DNA of 64,000 nt from Protoeuglena noctilucae (taxonomy: Eukaryota), in assembly GCA_958009085.1 (NCBI GenBank), contig OY253673.1:1054001-1118000 (forward strand), read 5' to 3'. The position numbers were made by a program, and so were the translations under genes. The notes beneath the pieces were generated by a model that searched no databases, was not told where the DNA came from, and worked only from the letters and a program-made list of their open reading frames with translations. This document shows, one piece after another, positions 26,001 through 39,125 of the stretch; positions within the stretch are counted from its first letter, which is position 1, and each line of letters opens with the position of its first letter.

Positions 26001-27013
26001 GCAACACAGCATATGCTTGGTACATGGGAGGACGGACATGGATGCGTTGGCATCTGCACAGCATTGGGACATTTGGGCAGGCGGCGAGTAAACATTGCGT
26101 GGTGGCAAGCCCCCCACACACCACCCCACCCACCTGCAGGACGACTGCTGCGGCCCTGGCTTCATCCAGCGGCCCTCTCGCGACGAGGTCGCCCAGGGAG
26201 CCCCCCTCCATGAACTCCAGCACGATGAAGAGATTGCGGCGGTGTCGGAAGTGAGCGATGTACTTGACGATGTTCTTGTGCTGCAGCCGCTGCAGCAGAC
26301 GCACTTCCTTTTCAATCCCGTCCACCACGCTCTCCGTCTGCGGAGGGCAGAGGACTTCCTTGGGTGGTGAGGCACGAGGTTCGTAACTACAGTGAGGCCC
26401 TGTGTGACACAGGTAGAGGCTTGCGCACCAGGTTGGTGAGCTCGATCTCCTTCACCGCGACCCTCTCGCCCGTCGCCTGGTCCACGCCCTCATGCACCAC
26501 ACCGCTGGCGCCACGGCCCAGGCATCGCCCCACGACGTAGCGCCTTAGCCCCGCGCCGACCACCCGCGGGGGCGCCTGGCTCGCGGACGCGCCCGGCTGG
26601 TCGCGGGACGGCGCCAGCGGACCGAGGCCTGGGAGCGGGGGCCGGGGACGGCGTCGGCGAGCGGCGCGGGCTCGCAACACACGCAAGGGGGTCAGCGAGG
26701 CCCCTCACCGTCATCCGGAGCGGGGACTGCGTTGCCGCCCGCGTCACCATTCCGCAACGCTACCGAGCCGTTCAGCACTGCGGGAAAAGGACGATGCGCG
26801 CGGCCTCGCGGCTCGGGCATCGGGCCCACGCGCTCGAGCTACGTTCGGGCACTGGGGATCCCGGGGACCGTGTGCGGGGGGCGAGGAGATGCGAGCGGAT
26901 TGCGGACCTAATCTGCATGCCTCTAGCAAGGACTTCACGGGACGGGGCCGGCTCGGCACCCCAGCGCCAGCCCTATGCGGGGCGCACTCACCTGAGCTGA
27001 ACCACGACGACAT
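20050..27013 (-). CDS. Cdc15/SepH/MAP3K-epsilon-like STE protein kinase with C-terminal helical (ARM/HEAT-like) region
   Basis: Kinase motifs: [90 protein letters not shown]. About 17 exons, with long Leu/Ala-rich helical C-terminal exons. Subfamily assignment is inferred from motif style and architecture. Confidence 0.88.
23114..23246. repeat. Intronic degenerate (GGGTGAGT)n / (ACTCACCC)n array
   Basis: About ten GTGAG/GTAAG cores on the + strand, immediately upstream of a kinase-gene acceptor on the - strand. Confidence 0.85.
24110..24270. repeat. Intronic ~30-nt tandem repeat (TCACCCCTCCCTGCTCACCACTCT..)
   Basis: Near-identical copies at about 24170-24199 and 24200-24229, with degenerate flanking copies, next to a kinase-gene donor. 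Confidence 0.8.
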
Positions 27014-27467
27014 AGCGGCCTAGGGGGGGGGGGCGCGAGAAGGCCCGCGTGTCAGCGCCCCCCTCCAACGGCGAATGGCAAGCCCGGAGCGCCCAGTTTT
27101 CCGCGAACTTCCGGCAATGCGGTCCGTGAGAGGCCGATCGCGGCAACGTGGGGAGATCTCATCGGGCAAACGAGCGCGGCATTGAAAGTCATAAACTCCC
27201 GTCGCGACTCTTCGCCTTTTCGCGTCAACGCGGCCCCAGCGACGACCAGGTCACTGGCGCCAGCTGACCACAGGGCAGTGGGGGCGGGTTTCAGGGTCTC
27301 TCCGCTGCGATGGTGCGGTAGTTTATGTTGCTGCGCGCGACAGGTGCGGCCGCAGCGCCCCCTCCCTGCTGGGATTCTTCAATTTCCCACAAGGGCATCG
27401 CTCTTTCGTCGCGACGCGCCGCGACGCCTCGACCGCGGCCCCTGGCGGCCAGGCTTGGGACGCGGCC

Positions 27468-30400
27468 ATGTCGGTGCCGGAGGTGGCAGCGGCGGAGATC
27501 ACGGAGAATGGCGAAGACCACGGAGGGACCGCGGCAGGCCCGCCCGAGCCGGCAGATACCTGGATCCAGTGCGACAAATGCCAAAAATGGAGGCGAATCG
27601 CGGCTGCGGACGCCGCTCTGATTGGAGAGGATGACGAATGGTGAGTTGCGGCGTCGCGCGCGTCCCCCTGCGCGCCAGGAGCGTCGCATTCTTGGCGCGG
27701 CGCCTGCTGGGCCGGCCAACGCTTTTTCCCAGCTTCTTTCGGCCTAACCCATCTCCTGCGTGGCGTGTCAACAGCCCTTTGATGTGTCTCCATCCTTGCC
27801 ACCGGTCCCTGTGCCCCTCGCGCGCTGCTTGGTGGCCCAGCGTGCATGAGCCTCCACGCCGCGGCGCGCCTGTTGGTGCCGGTGCCCTTTCGGGGCTGGT
27901 CCCGGCGATCAATTCCCACGTCGACAGCCGCGCGCCGCTTCCTTTTCAGTCCCGCCCGTCGCCCGCGCGGACTCCGCCCTTCCCACCCGCCACGTTGTCA
28001 CTGCCGCCGTGTAGGCGCCGGTCGCTTGCTCCGCCCTTCATCTCCACGTCCCAATGACATTGGGCTTCGGAGAACACTCATAGCGCTTTCGCATGTGGCT
28101 GAGGACGCGTGGAGAGGGTGGCGCGGTCGTGCCGTGCAGCAGGTGCTGTGTGCCGGCGCTTTTCCGCGAATCCCCGCCTTTATTCCCCGCGCAGGCATTG
28201 CGAACGCAACAAGGACCCCGCCCACGCTTCCTGCGACGTCCCACAAGAGCTCACGGACGCGGAGATCGACAACAACCAGGTGCGACGCGCGGCAGGGAGC
28301 GCTGCGCCCAGCCCGCCACCGCCGCTGCGCCGTCTTTTCGCTCCGCCGCTCGTGGCCGAAGTCTCTACGATATGAACTTTCCTATCCGGTCCCGAATGGA
28401 GGTCCGCACGCGTCCCGGACGCACTCCGGGCTTCTTTCTTCTCGCAACCGAGTGCCCGCACCTTCCGCGGTCCTGCGCCAACTCGACGCCTCCTTTCCTC
28501 CCCCGCAGGCCGATGCTGCGCAGGCGGGGCACCTGCACGGGTGGCAGCCGTACCGGGGCCCGCAGATCTGGCGCCGCGTGATGGAAAACACGTACCTGCA
28601 CCGCCGGCGCCACGTTCAGGACCCCGGGGACGTCATCCCCTGCCACTGCGTGCGTCCCCGCCCGGATCCCGACACCGGCGTGCGTCCGCCGGGCTGCGGC
28701 CCGCAGTGCGTCAACCGCATGCTGCTGATCGAATGTTGCCCCGACCACTGCCCCTGCGAGGAGTGCTGCTCCAATCAGAGTTTCCAGCGAAAGGAGTGGG
28801 TCAAGACGGCCGTGCGGCGCGCGGGAGGCAAGGGCTTCGGTCTCTTTGCGGACGAGGACATCGCGATGGGGCAGTTCGTCATCGAGTATGTGGGGGAGGT
28901 GAGGCGGAGCACTGCGGGGGGTGGGTGAGGGGTCATGCGTTGTTCCTGTCACTGGACATAGGAAGCGAGGCGTTGGTAAGCCAGAAGTGGTACACTAGTA
29001 GTTGCTCGCGGCAGCAGGTAGCCACCTCTCTTGCACCCCGCGCCACCCCGCTCCACGCACGCCAACCCCACCCCCGCCGCTCCCCACTGCTGTGACCCCA
29101 ACCCTGGCCTCCTCAATGCAGGTGGTGCACGAGCGCGAGTACGACGCCCGCAAGCGCCGTTACCTCGACGAGGGCCAGCGCCATTTCTATTTCATGAACG
29201 TCGGGAACGGCGAGGTCATCGACGCGTGCACCGTGGGCAACGTGGGTCGGTACCTGAACCACAGCTGCGATCCCAACTGCGTGACGCAAAAGTGGCAGGT
29301 CCGGGGGGAGCTGGCCATCGGGCTGTTCGCCAGCCGGGACATCCGGTGCGGCGAGGAGATAACGTTTGACTACAACTTTGAGCGGTACGGCGACAAGCCC
29401 ATCCGGTGCCTGTGCGGCACGGCCAAGTGCCGGGGGTTTATCGGGGAGAAAGGGGAGGTGGTGCAGGGCGTGGAGTTTGCTGAAATGGAGGACTGTTCGG
29501 CGGACCCGGAGCCGATCGTGGTGGATACGGATGCGGAGCTCATGAGGGAGTTGGAGGCACACGGGCACCCCGCGTTCGCGCTGTATGTGGAGATGCGGGC
29601 GGCGGAGGCGGAGGCGGGGCCGGGGGGCAGGGGGAGGGGCAGGGCGCGCAAGGTGCGGTGGTGGGGTGGGAGTGTGGGTGTGTGGGATGGGTGTCTGTCG
29701 CCTGCACAGAAGCACCCTGCACTGTATCACCTGCTTTGTATGCAGCTCTGGTGCAACTGTTGCGCTCATTAGTAACCTGACTGCTTGTTGTGTCTTCGTC
29801 TGTCCAGGAGCGTGCACCAGGGAGGAGGAAGGCGGCCAGGGACACACCCCGGGACGCAGAGGTGAGAGAGCTTAACATAACGGAGTTGCGAATAGTACAG
29901 CGCAGCGCACTCACTGTCACTGTGGCCCATTAACAGTGCAGCTGTCGATCACCCATGGGTCAGTGTACTTACAGGTGATAGTATCTGGGAATAATAATAC
30001 TTGGTTGACGACAATCGCAGGGTTCGGCCCACCTGGAGGACTCGGATGGTGGGGAGGAGGACGCGGGGGTGTCGGGTGGCGAGAGCGATGGGCAGACGAG
30101 GGCGGGGGCGAGGCGCCGAGAGGTTGCGGTGCGGAAGGGGCGCACGGACCGCCCCGCGAGCCCGGACCACGCGGGCCGTCGCATTGGGATCGCATCTGCG
30201 CGGGACACTGGGATGCGAAAGGCGCCGAGCTCGGTGTTGTACTCGTGGCAGGTGCGCAGTTGTGGGGGTGGTGGGGGCGATAGAGTGGGGTTTACTCGTG
30301 GCAGGTGCGCGGTGATGTGGGGTGGTGGTAATGAAGTTGTGGTGGCGATGGAATATCAGTAGTGGGACGTACTCGTTGCAGATGCTCGTGGTCATAGCAG

Positions 30401-33400
30401 TGATCGGTTTGGATAGCATAGTAGCACTCTCCACCCTCATCGCAGGCCATCCCGCGCGACCAACGCAAGTCCGAAGTGGCCAGGCGCCTGGAGCCCCTTT
30501 TGGAGCCCAGCGGCGGCCTCAGGGACCCCAGAAGCACCGAGGAGCTCCTTTCCCTATTCAACCTGTGCGAGATCAGTCGCAACTTCTCCGCGTCAAGGGA
30601 GGTCCGCACGGATGGGGCAGGGAACAACGCACGCGCCCCCACGCGGGACATGCTGCTGCTGCTGGGGGCGGTCAAGAGCACGCGGCACAGGTGGGGGGGT
30701 GGGTATGGTTGTGTGAGCGGCTGGTTAGGGCGTCAAGTGGAATGCACGATTGCTGTCTTAAAACAATGTTAAATGCACCAACTCTCGCCCGCTGGTCGTC
30801 ACCTCGCAGGAAGGTACAGGAGGAGATGGTCCGCAAGGGCATCCTGCGCCACCTGGCCCAGCTCTACGGCAAGCTGCTCACCCCGGGGGTGTCCTCGCAT
30901 TACCAGGACATGCTGCCCCTGCTGCGGCTGTGCACGACGGCCATCGGGACGCTGCCGCTGACACGGGAGGACGCAGGCGAGGGGCGGCGGGGGGCGACCG
31001 GCTGTGCGTGTTGGACCGTCACCCTAACCGCGCCAGCGCGCTTGTTGCACCGTGTTGCACCAACGCCCTTACTGCACCACCACCACCCCAGTCACACCAC
31101 CCCCACCCTCACCCCACCCTGCCACCCCCCACAGACGGCGTCGTGGCTGCCAGGGACCGAGTGAAGATGACCCTGTCCAGCATGCTGCAGTTCGTGGCGG
31201 CGGGCAGGGTCGACTGGCAGGCCAGAAACGAGGCCGTTGAGAAGTGCAAGTCCCTCGGCCTGCCGCCCCCCACCATGCAGCCCCACGGGCCCAGCCTCGG
31301 CGCCACGCCCCCGCCCCACATGCGGCCCGCCATGGCACGCGGCACCCCCACCTCTGCGCCATCGGCAGGGCCTGGGTCCGCCCGCAGCGACGGATGGGCC
31401 GCCACGCCCGGTGCCACCCCCGCCCGAGGGCCCAGGGAGGGGCCCGGGCCGTCCGGGTATACCTCCGGGTACGGCCCCAGGTTTAACCCTGCCACCCCCG
31501 GGTTTACCCCCGGGTCGGGCCCCGGGGATGCCACGCGCGGGGGGCCGCCCTCTGGGCCGTGGAGTTGGCGGGGGGACCCCAGGTGAGTAGTGGTGATGGG
31601 TGATGATAAGTCACGAAAGAGTCAAGTGAGTGCTTGAGTGGTGAAGGTGGTTGCGGTCACTATTTAGTGGGCCATGGCAGGCCCCCCGCAAGCGCCTCAC
31701 ACCCTGCCCTTTTACTACCCCTCAGGTCCCGGCCATCCTTAGCGCCCGGCATGGTGTGGTCCAAAGACGTGCAGCAGCCATCGCCCGCGCCCTCGCCCTG
31801 CCCCCACGACATCCGCAACCCCCGCCAGGGCTACGCTGCCACCACACCCCCACCGTTTGCCATGGCCAACGGTCATCACGGGGCACATTCGGGGCCAGGC
31901 GAGTGGGGTGGGGACTGGGGCGATGTGGGGTAGCGTTGTATGTCACAAGCATCCCTACTATGCACGAATGAAATGGCGTCTCCATCCCATGCACCCATGC
32001 CACCAACGCGGGCAGGGGATGGGGCTGCCATCACATCAGTGCATAGGGATGCTTGTGTCGCTCCCACATATGCGCAACATATGGTATGTAGAAAGACTCA
32101 TCACCGCATTGTGCGTCGTTCCGTGGTGTGCAGGGATGGACAACGGTGCTGGGGCGGACCCCAGACGGGGGCAGGGATATGGGCAGGCACAGGCATATGG
32201 GCAGGGGCAGCGGTGGGATGAGCAGAGGACCGGGGAGAGTGCGCATGCGAGGGACGCGTGGGGTGCATCTGGGCCCGGGCCCCGGCCTGACAGCAGGCAT
32301 GACAGCAGGCCGTCGGTGTGGGAGGTGGGGGGTGCGCTGGGGGCGGGGTGGCATGGGGCGTCTATTGCAACGGAGGCGCAGGAGGGGCGCAAGCGGCCAA
32401 GGGATGAGGCAGAGAGGGGCGAGAGCGAGGGGCGTGGATGGATGACGAGAGATGTCCGATATAATGGATCGGTGGCAACGGATGCTGCCATGGGTGGGGT
32501 TACTGCGGACGAGGGGGCGAGGGTGGAGGGGCGTGGGGTGCATGGGGTGGGGGCCAATGGGGTGGCTGGGAATGGGGCGCTGAGGAATCCGTGGGAAACA
32601 CTGGCGGAGGTGAGAGGTGGTGTGAATGGAGGGGTTGGGGGAGAGTGGGTGGGAGTTGGTAGTGGAAGCACGGTTGCTCACCATCCGACCCACCTATGCA
32701 CGATCATACGCACTGCACCCTCGCTCACCCACCCCACCCCATCCACCCCTGTCATTCCAGGCGGGCGCCCCCACCCCCAACGACCGCCCCTCCAGCTCCT
32801 CCGCGACACCTGAGTCTGGCGAACACAACAACGCCAGAATCCGCGGCACCGCCAGCGGGGGTGTTCCTGGGGCCTTGGATGTGGCTGTGACGTTCTCCAA
32901 CCCAGGCAATCGGTTCGAGTCGTGGCTCGAGGAAGTGGCCGGGGTGTGCGTCAGCAAGTACCTCAGGCGAGGGGCGGGGTGGGGTGGTGTGTAGGGGCGT
33001 GCGTAGGGGGGTGCATGGTGGGTGGGGTGTGTATGGGTATGTGGGGTATTTAAGAGGTCGTGGTGTATTTAGGGGGGTGCACAGTATCTGCACTAATGGG
33101 CATGGGTTGGTCCCTGGTGCCAGCTGCCCTGTTATTGTCCCACCCCCCCCTTGCTCTCTCACACACACGCTTTCCCACGCCTAACCCCGCCTGCCCCCGC
33201 CCGCTTCGTCGCAGGGACGGCTTAATGGAGGAGTCGCGCGCCAAGGTGGTTCTGGCGAAGGTGACTGGCAAGATTCTGGCGTCAGAGAGGGCCGCGTACC
33301 AGGACAGGAGCGGGCGCGGGGCTGCGGCTGCCAAGGCCATTTCGGGACAGAAGGTGGCCGCTAAGCTCTACGAAATGGTGGCGCAATACGCAAAGCAGAA

Positions 33401-33404
33401 GTGA
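27468..33404 (+). CDS. ASHH2: CW-AWS-SET-postSET histone H3K36 methyltransferase (ASHH2/SETD2-like) with C-terminal SRI-like domain
   Basis: CW finger WIQCDKCQKWR..W|HCERNKDPAHASCDVPQE. AWS CHC..CGPQCVNRMLLIECCPDHCPCEECCSNQSFQ. SET KGFGLFA..FVIEYVGEV..RYLNHSCDPNC..EEITFDYNF. Post-SET CLCGTAKCRG. Confidence 0.92.
28032..28120 (+). ncRNA. Candidate structured intronic RNA (possible box C/D snoRNA-like element)
   Basis: Terminal stem TCTCCACGTCC (28041-28051) pairs with GGACGCGTGGAGA (28103-28115). It encloses an imperfect C box ATGACAT (28054) and a D box CTGA (28099-28102). The C box is poor and the core is short. Confidence 0.25.
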
Positions 33405-33954
33405 GGGGACGGGGAGGGAACCAGAAGTGAGGAAGCGAGGGGATGGGGAGGGAAGCGTGGTTAGGGAGGAGGGTCGGTGATGGTGGCTTTGGTAGTATGT
33501 TGGGTGGAAGTGAAGTGAAATGATGGGTGTAAAGTTTCGCGTGGGATGGTGGTTGAATTGTGGTGGCTTTGGTAGTTGTTACGTGTGCTGAAGAGAAGTG
33601 AGGGAATCGTGGACGGTGCTAGTGAGTATTACACACACCACGGCACAACAATGGTGTTTGGTGTGCGGAGCAGAGGTGTTGCATGGGCCGGCAGCATAGG
33701 ATGGGTGTCACTCATGCCCAGCACAGGCACAGCAGCTGTGGTACAACAGCGGTGCAAGTGGTTTTGAATCAAGTTAGTGACGCACGGTGATGCGAGAAAG
33801 AGAGTGAAAAGTGAATAACAAGCGCGTTTTGACGATAGAGTTGACAATCCACTGCTAGTGCATTTAGTGATTCAGCTTGCATCTCATGAAATGTGACATC
33901 TCCCAGTCCGCACTTGCGACCCCTTGACAACTCTCGCAGCCTCATCCACCGCCC

Positions 33955-36900
33955 TCACGCCTCCCCTTCACTGAAGTAGTAGTCCCCCTCCTCATCACTG
34001 CCATCCTCCGCCCCATCCGCACCCGCACCCACACCCGCACCCGCTGCGCCACCCCCACCCCGCAGCCCCTGAGTCAACTTCGCCAGCAGCAGCTGCGCCG
34101 TGGATGACAGTTGGGGTTTACCCGGCTGCGTGCCCCCGCGGTTGGCCGTTGATGCACCCTGCCGGCCCTGCTGTGCTGCAGCCGCCTTCTGCGGGGGCAA
34201 CGAATGACAATTAGCGATAGGCAATGAGTGTAAGGCGATGAGTGAAAGGGCAACGACACTATGAACAGCAGATAAGCGGAACGATAGGTGAATGTACATG
34301 GCATGCGGCACATGCACCCACCATCCCCAACCAAGGCGGACCCCATCACCCCACCCCACCCCACGTATCCAATCCACTCATCATTCCCCCACCCCTCACC
34401 TTCCTCGCCTCCTCCCTCTGCCGCAGCTGCCGCTCCGTGTATGCGTCTCTCTTCTCCTGCACCTGCAGCCGCTGCACCAACGCACCCGCCACCTCGTCGC
34501 CGTCCTCACCGGCCTGTGACAGACGACCTATGTAAAACGGTCAGTCTACATGCTAACAAAAATGAGTCAGCAGTTGTGATACTATCACTGACTCAGCAGC
34601 GCTTGTGTTGACAGGAGACACAGGAGGGCTTGGCGGAGCCATGTTATGACAGCACGAGCGCAAGCGGCGGTGCGTAGCGCGGCAGGCAGCGAACGTGCTG
34701 TGAACACCACACGTGCTGTAACCACCACAGAACGTGCCTCAGACGCAACCCACCCACCCACCCTTTTACCCTCCCTCTCTCAGGTCACGTGGCGGTCTCA
34801 CCTGGCTGAGCACCTCCTGCACTTTGGCCTTCCACAGCTCCGTCCTGGCAAACTCCCTCGCCGCTGTCGCCTGGGGTCCCTTGCCCCGCCCCAGCCGCCG
34901 CGCCTCCGCCTGGCTCAGCGGCACAGCACGATCCGGAGCACGGTCCGACGCGCCACCTGCCTTGCGGCGAGGCTCGGGGGCCAGCCCGGCTGCTCTCGCG
35001 TACTTGCCCGCACCCGCCGTGGGGGGCTTCAGGGCCTTGGGGGCTGCGGGGAGGTGTCACAGGGTGGGCAGGTGTCTCAGGGCGTGGGGTGGAGGGGTGA
35101 CATGTGAGGGTTGCAAGGTGAAGCTGTGAGCAAGTGACTGTGCAGTCACCTGCTCGGCTCCCTGTACCACGCCTGAATTGCAACCCATGCCATCCCATTC
35201 CGCGCATGTACCCTCCCCATTCCATCTTATCTCACCTGGCGACGCACACAGTGCCTGGAAGCACGCCTCGCACTCCCGCGCCGACCGCCCCGGCACCGAC
35301 CCTGACACCGCGTGCCAGAAACGAGGGGCCGCGGGGTCCACCGTCAGAAAGGCCTCACGCAGCCGCGCGTCCTCCTCCGCCGTCCACTCCCGCGGGCCCC
35401 CTGCCCCGGCCTCTACCCCACCCTCCGCCCTCGCCTGCGCCCCCACCCCACCCGCACCAGCCACCCCCCTCTTAGCCGCACCCGCACCCCCGCCCGCCAC
35501 CCCGCCGCGCCCCGCAATCTCCCTCGCCCGCCGCACTGCGTCTGCGGCCGTGCTCGCCACCCCCGCCCCATCCCTCCCTTCCTCACCCAAATGTTCACTC
35601 CCCATCGCACCCATGCCCCCTGCCCCATCTCCCTCATCCACCCCACCCGCATCTCCTAATGACTTTTCACTCTCTGCGTCCCCGTCACCCTCTCCCGCAC
35701 CCCGCCCACGCCCCTTTCCCCTCCCTCTTGCAGCCCCCACATTGCGCCGCTTGGCACGCGCAGCGCCCACCCCTCGCCCCTCCTCCTCATCCGAGCCGGG
35801 TTCGATCCCCGCCGCCGTCGCGCTGCGTTTTTGCCCCCTTCCCCTCCCTCTCCCCCGTCCTCTGCCCCTCCCCCGGCCACTCTGACCTGCTCGCAATGAA
35901 TCGCCCCCATCACGCTCCCCTCCCTCCCCCTCACCGGCAGTCCCTGGCTCACTGTCACGCCCATCCCCTTCCCCTCCCCCTCGCTCTCTCTCTCCCTCAT
36001 CGTCCCCCTGTGAAGACACACCGACTTCCTCCCCCACTCCCTGACCCATCTCACCATGCTTCCTCTCACCCTCGCCACCCACCGCCCCATCACCGCCCTC
36101 ACTGCCACCCGCTGCCCCCTCTGCACCCTCCACACCCTCGCGACCCTCATCCCCACTCCCCAACTCCGCCCCATCCGCACCACCCTTCCTCGCACCCACC
36201 CCATCCCGCGCCTTGCGCTGTTTGGGTGCTTTCGGCAGATCACCGCCCTCTGTGGCCCCGTCAGCAACAACAGCGTCGCCCCCTTTGCGATCGCCTCGCT
36301 TCCCAGGCACCCCCGAAACCTCCTTCTGGCGTTGACTCTGGCGGGGTTTCTGGCGAGCCCCTGTGCGAACTTTGGCCGGCCCGGCCTTGGCCGCGGCGGT
36401 GGGGGGCCGCTTGCTGCCAGCCGCACTCGCGATGGGCTGCGAGGGAGACGGCAGGGGGGTTGGGCTGAGAGCAGTCATCGCCGATGATAGCATGGACACA
36501 GGCAAGGGGCATATGACTAAACTTGGATCGCAAGCAATGGTCGACAGCATGGAGACAGTCGCAAGGAGCTGACCTCACTTACTGCCTCACCCACACTCAC
36601 TGCCCCACCCTCACCCTCACTCTCACCTTATCGGCAGACCCCGGCACTGTCGCTCCCGACGGCCCCACCCACCACTCCCTGGGCCGGGACACCACGCGGC
36701 CACCCCTCGTGACGCTGACACCCGACTCTGACACGGCGGGCGCTGTGGATTCCCGAACGCTCTGCTTGGCGGATTTCTGAATTGGAGAACATCGGCAAGG
36801 GACTGACAACACGTGGTGTGCGATAATGGCAGGCACTTGCAGTGCCATTCAACAAGGGTGGCAGCACGGGTCACAGTCGCTCTATCACACCCCTTATCTT

Positions 36901-39125
36901 CCCCAACAGCCGTATACCAACCATCCATTCCACCACCCCTCACCTTCTCCTGAACCCCCTCGCTCCGCTCCACCCCACCCTGCCCCGCCCCTCTCTTCCC
37001 CTTCCCTCCCACACCCGCACCCGCCTTGCTCTTGCCCTCTTCCTCCACCCCCACTTGCTCCCCACCCTTCCCGCCACCCCCCTTGCCCTTTGCCCTGTTC
37101 TCTACCCTCGCACCCTCGCCCGCTTCATCCCTCTCCACCCCACCCCTGCGCGGTCGCTTGCTCCGCCTCTCCCTCACCTCCGCGCCTTCCGAGCCCCTCT
37201 TCGCACCCACTGTACCCGCCTCTGCGCCCCGCCTGCGTCGCCCCTCCCGCACGCCCCCCACCTCCGCCCCTGCCTCGCCATCCAACCCCAAACGCCGCAG
37301 CTCCCGCGACACCCCCGCCGCTCTCCCCACTCCTTTGTCTCTCCGCTTCCCCTGCACCCTTCCCTCGCCATCCCCCCTCTCACTTGCTACCTCCCCTACC
37401 GCACTTCTACCTTTCCCCCTCCCTCGCCCACGCCCACGCCCCCTCCCCCTGCCCCCCCGCCCCGCACCCCGCCCGCCACCACCCCCAACCCCTCTCTCAC
37501 CCTCATCTTCAGACCCACTCTTCACATCCACGTCATCCACCCCATCGTCTCTCATATCTCGCGTGACATCGTCATCCGAACTCCCCTCTTCCTGGATCCG
37601 CCACCGCGCCTCCCGCCCCCGCCGCACCACGGAGCCCAGAATAGACCGACTGCGGCTACGACCGCCACCCACGCCACCCCCACTGCCACTCGTCACCACC
37701 CCCGCACTGCCCTCTGCCCCAGGCCCTGTCGTTGTCGCCCCCCCCGTCTGTGCAGCTGTGCGACCTGACACCCCCTCGCCCTCCCTCTCCGTTCCCAGTC
37801 TCGCATCCCTTGTGCCCCGCTCCGCGCTCTCCCTTGCGCCCGTCGGCAGCTCTGCCTTCCTCACAGCCACGGTCGGTGGGGGTGGCGGCATGAGATACCT
37901 GCCCAGGTCCTCCCCTCTCACATATGCCCAAATGATGTCCTTCCAATCAGCGGGGAAGCCGTCCTCAAACAGCGATCGGAGGGCGGGACTCTCGGCTGAA
38001 GCGCCTTGCAGGGCTGCGAAAGGGGCCGTGGCGATCGTGGCAGCTGGGGGGCCGGTGAGAGCCACCCACTCCTCGCCCGCCGTCACGACCTGGCGCGGAG
38101 AGCGGCGCTCGACCACGGCGTCTGCGGGGTGGGAGAGAGAGGGTGTGTGCGGGGGGTGGGTGGGAGCGGGTTGTGTGTGGGAGTGACGGGGTGTGAGTGG
38201 GGGTGACTGGGAAGGTGCAGGGTGCCACTCAGCATGCGGGTTGCGAGTTGCGACAGGCTTCAGCGTGCATGACATGCATGGCGCATAGGGGTGCTGTGTA
38301 TTGAAGCACTCGCCAACCAATGCACTGCCGCCATCGACTACACCACCATGCCTGTCAAACAACCTCACCCGTCGCGTATGGCTGTCCGGGCACAGGATCG
38401 AGGCCCAGTCGCCTGCCCGGCTGGCCCCCCGCTGCCACCACCATGCCCCGGATGCTCAATAACGGGAGGCCTGAGGGCCGCATTGGGTCCGTCGCGCGCT
38501 GTCGCACCTCCAGCGACCACTCCACGAGCTCCACCATCAGAGAGCTGCCGGCCGACATAGGCGTATCCGGGAAAAGTGGGGCGCCGAGAGGGCCCGGCGT
38601 CGCGGCGCGCGGGGCTGGCGAAGGGAAAGCAGTGTTATGCACGGGGCCCGTCGCGCTCCTGGGCTCCACCACGCGGGCGGGGACGATCCATGGGGACGTG
38701 GTTGGTAACTGCAACTCGCCTGCCCCCGCGGGGGGCCCGGGCGCGGCGAGGGATGCCGGGGCGGGGATGGCCGGAGCGATGCTGGGGCCCGCGCCGTTGT
38801 CGTCGCTGGCGATCCCGATGGGCCTCCGTCGCACCGGGACGACGCGATGAGAGCTCGTCGCTGCGGCTGGCTCCACTGACCCTGGACCGGGGCCCGCTGC
38901 GGGCCCGCGCGAGGGCGCAGCGACGCTCCATGCTCCCGGTGCCGCGTGCGCCGACGGGGCCCCCGACTCTCCCTGCGACGCGTTCGTTTGATTCACCGCG
39001 GTCGTGTGTGCCGTTACTTGCATCGGCATACCCTTTGGAATCTCCCCTGCGCAGCGCCGAACAACAGAAGGGTTTGCATCCTTGGCAAGGGGAGCGACGA
39101 GGATATCTGGCCGCCGGTGGGTCAC
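33955..39125 (-). CDS. KNL2: KNL2/Mis18BP1 centromeric CENP-A (CENH3) loading factor
   Basis: SANTA domain (VELVEWSL..VVERRSPRQVVT..LTG..LFEDGFPADWKDII, ~38540-37930). CENP-C-type motif TRGGRVVSRPREWW (~36710-36669). SANT/Myb REWTAEEDARLREAF..FWHAVSGSVPGRSARECEA (~35395-35237). The 5' end is unresolved (about 39030-39520). Confidence 0.85.

Noticed and set aside
33528..33532. TGTAA poly(A) signal downstream of the SET gene
   Set aside because: The position is plausible, but the motif was not found consistently behind the other genes, so it is not called as a feature.
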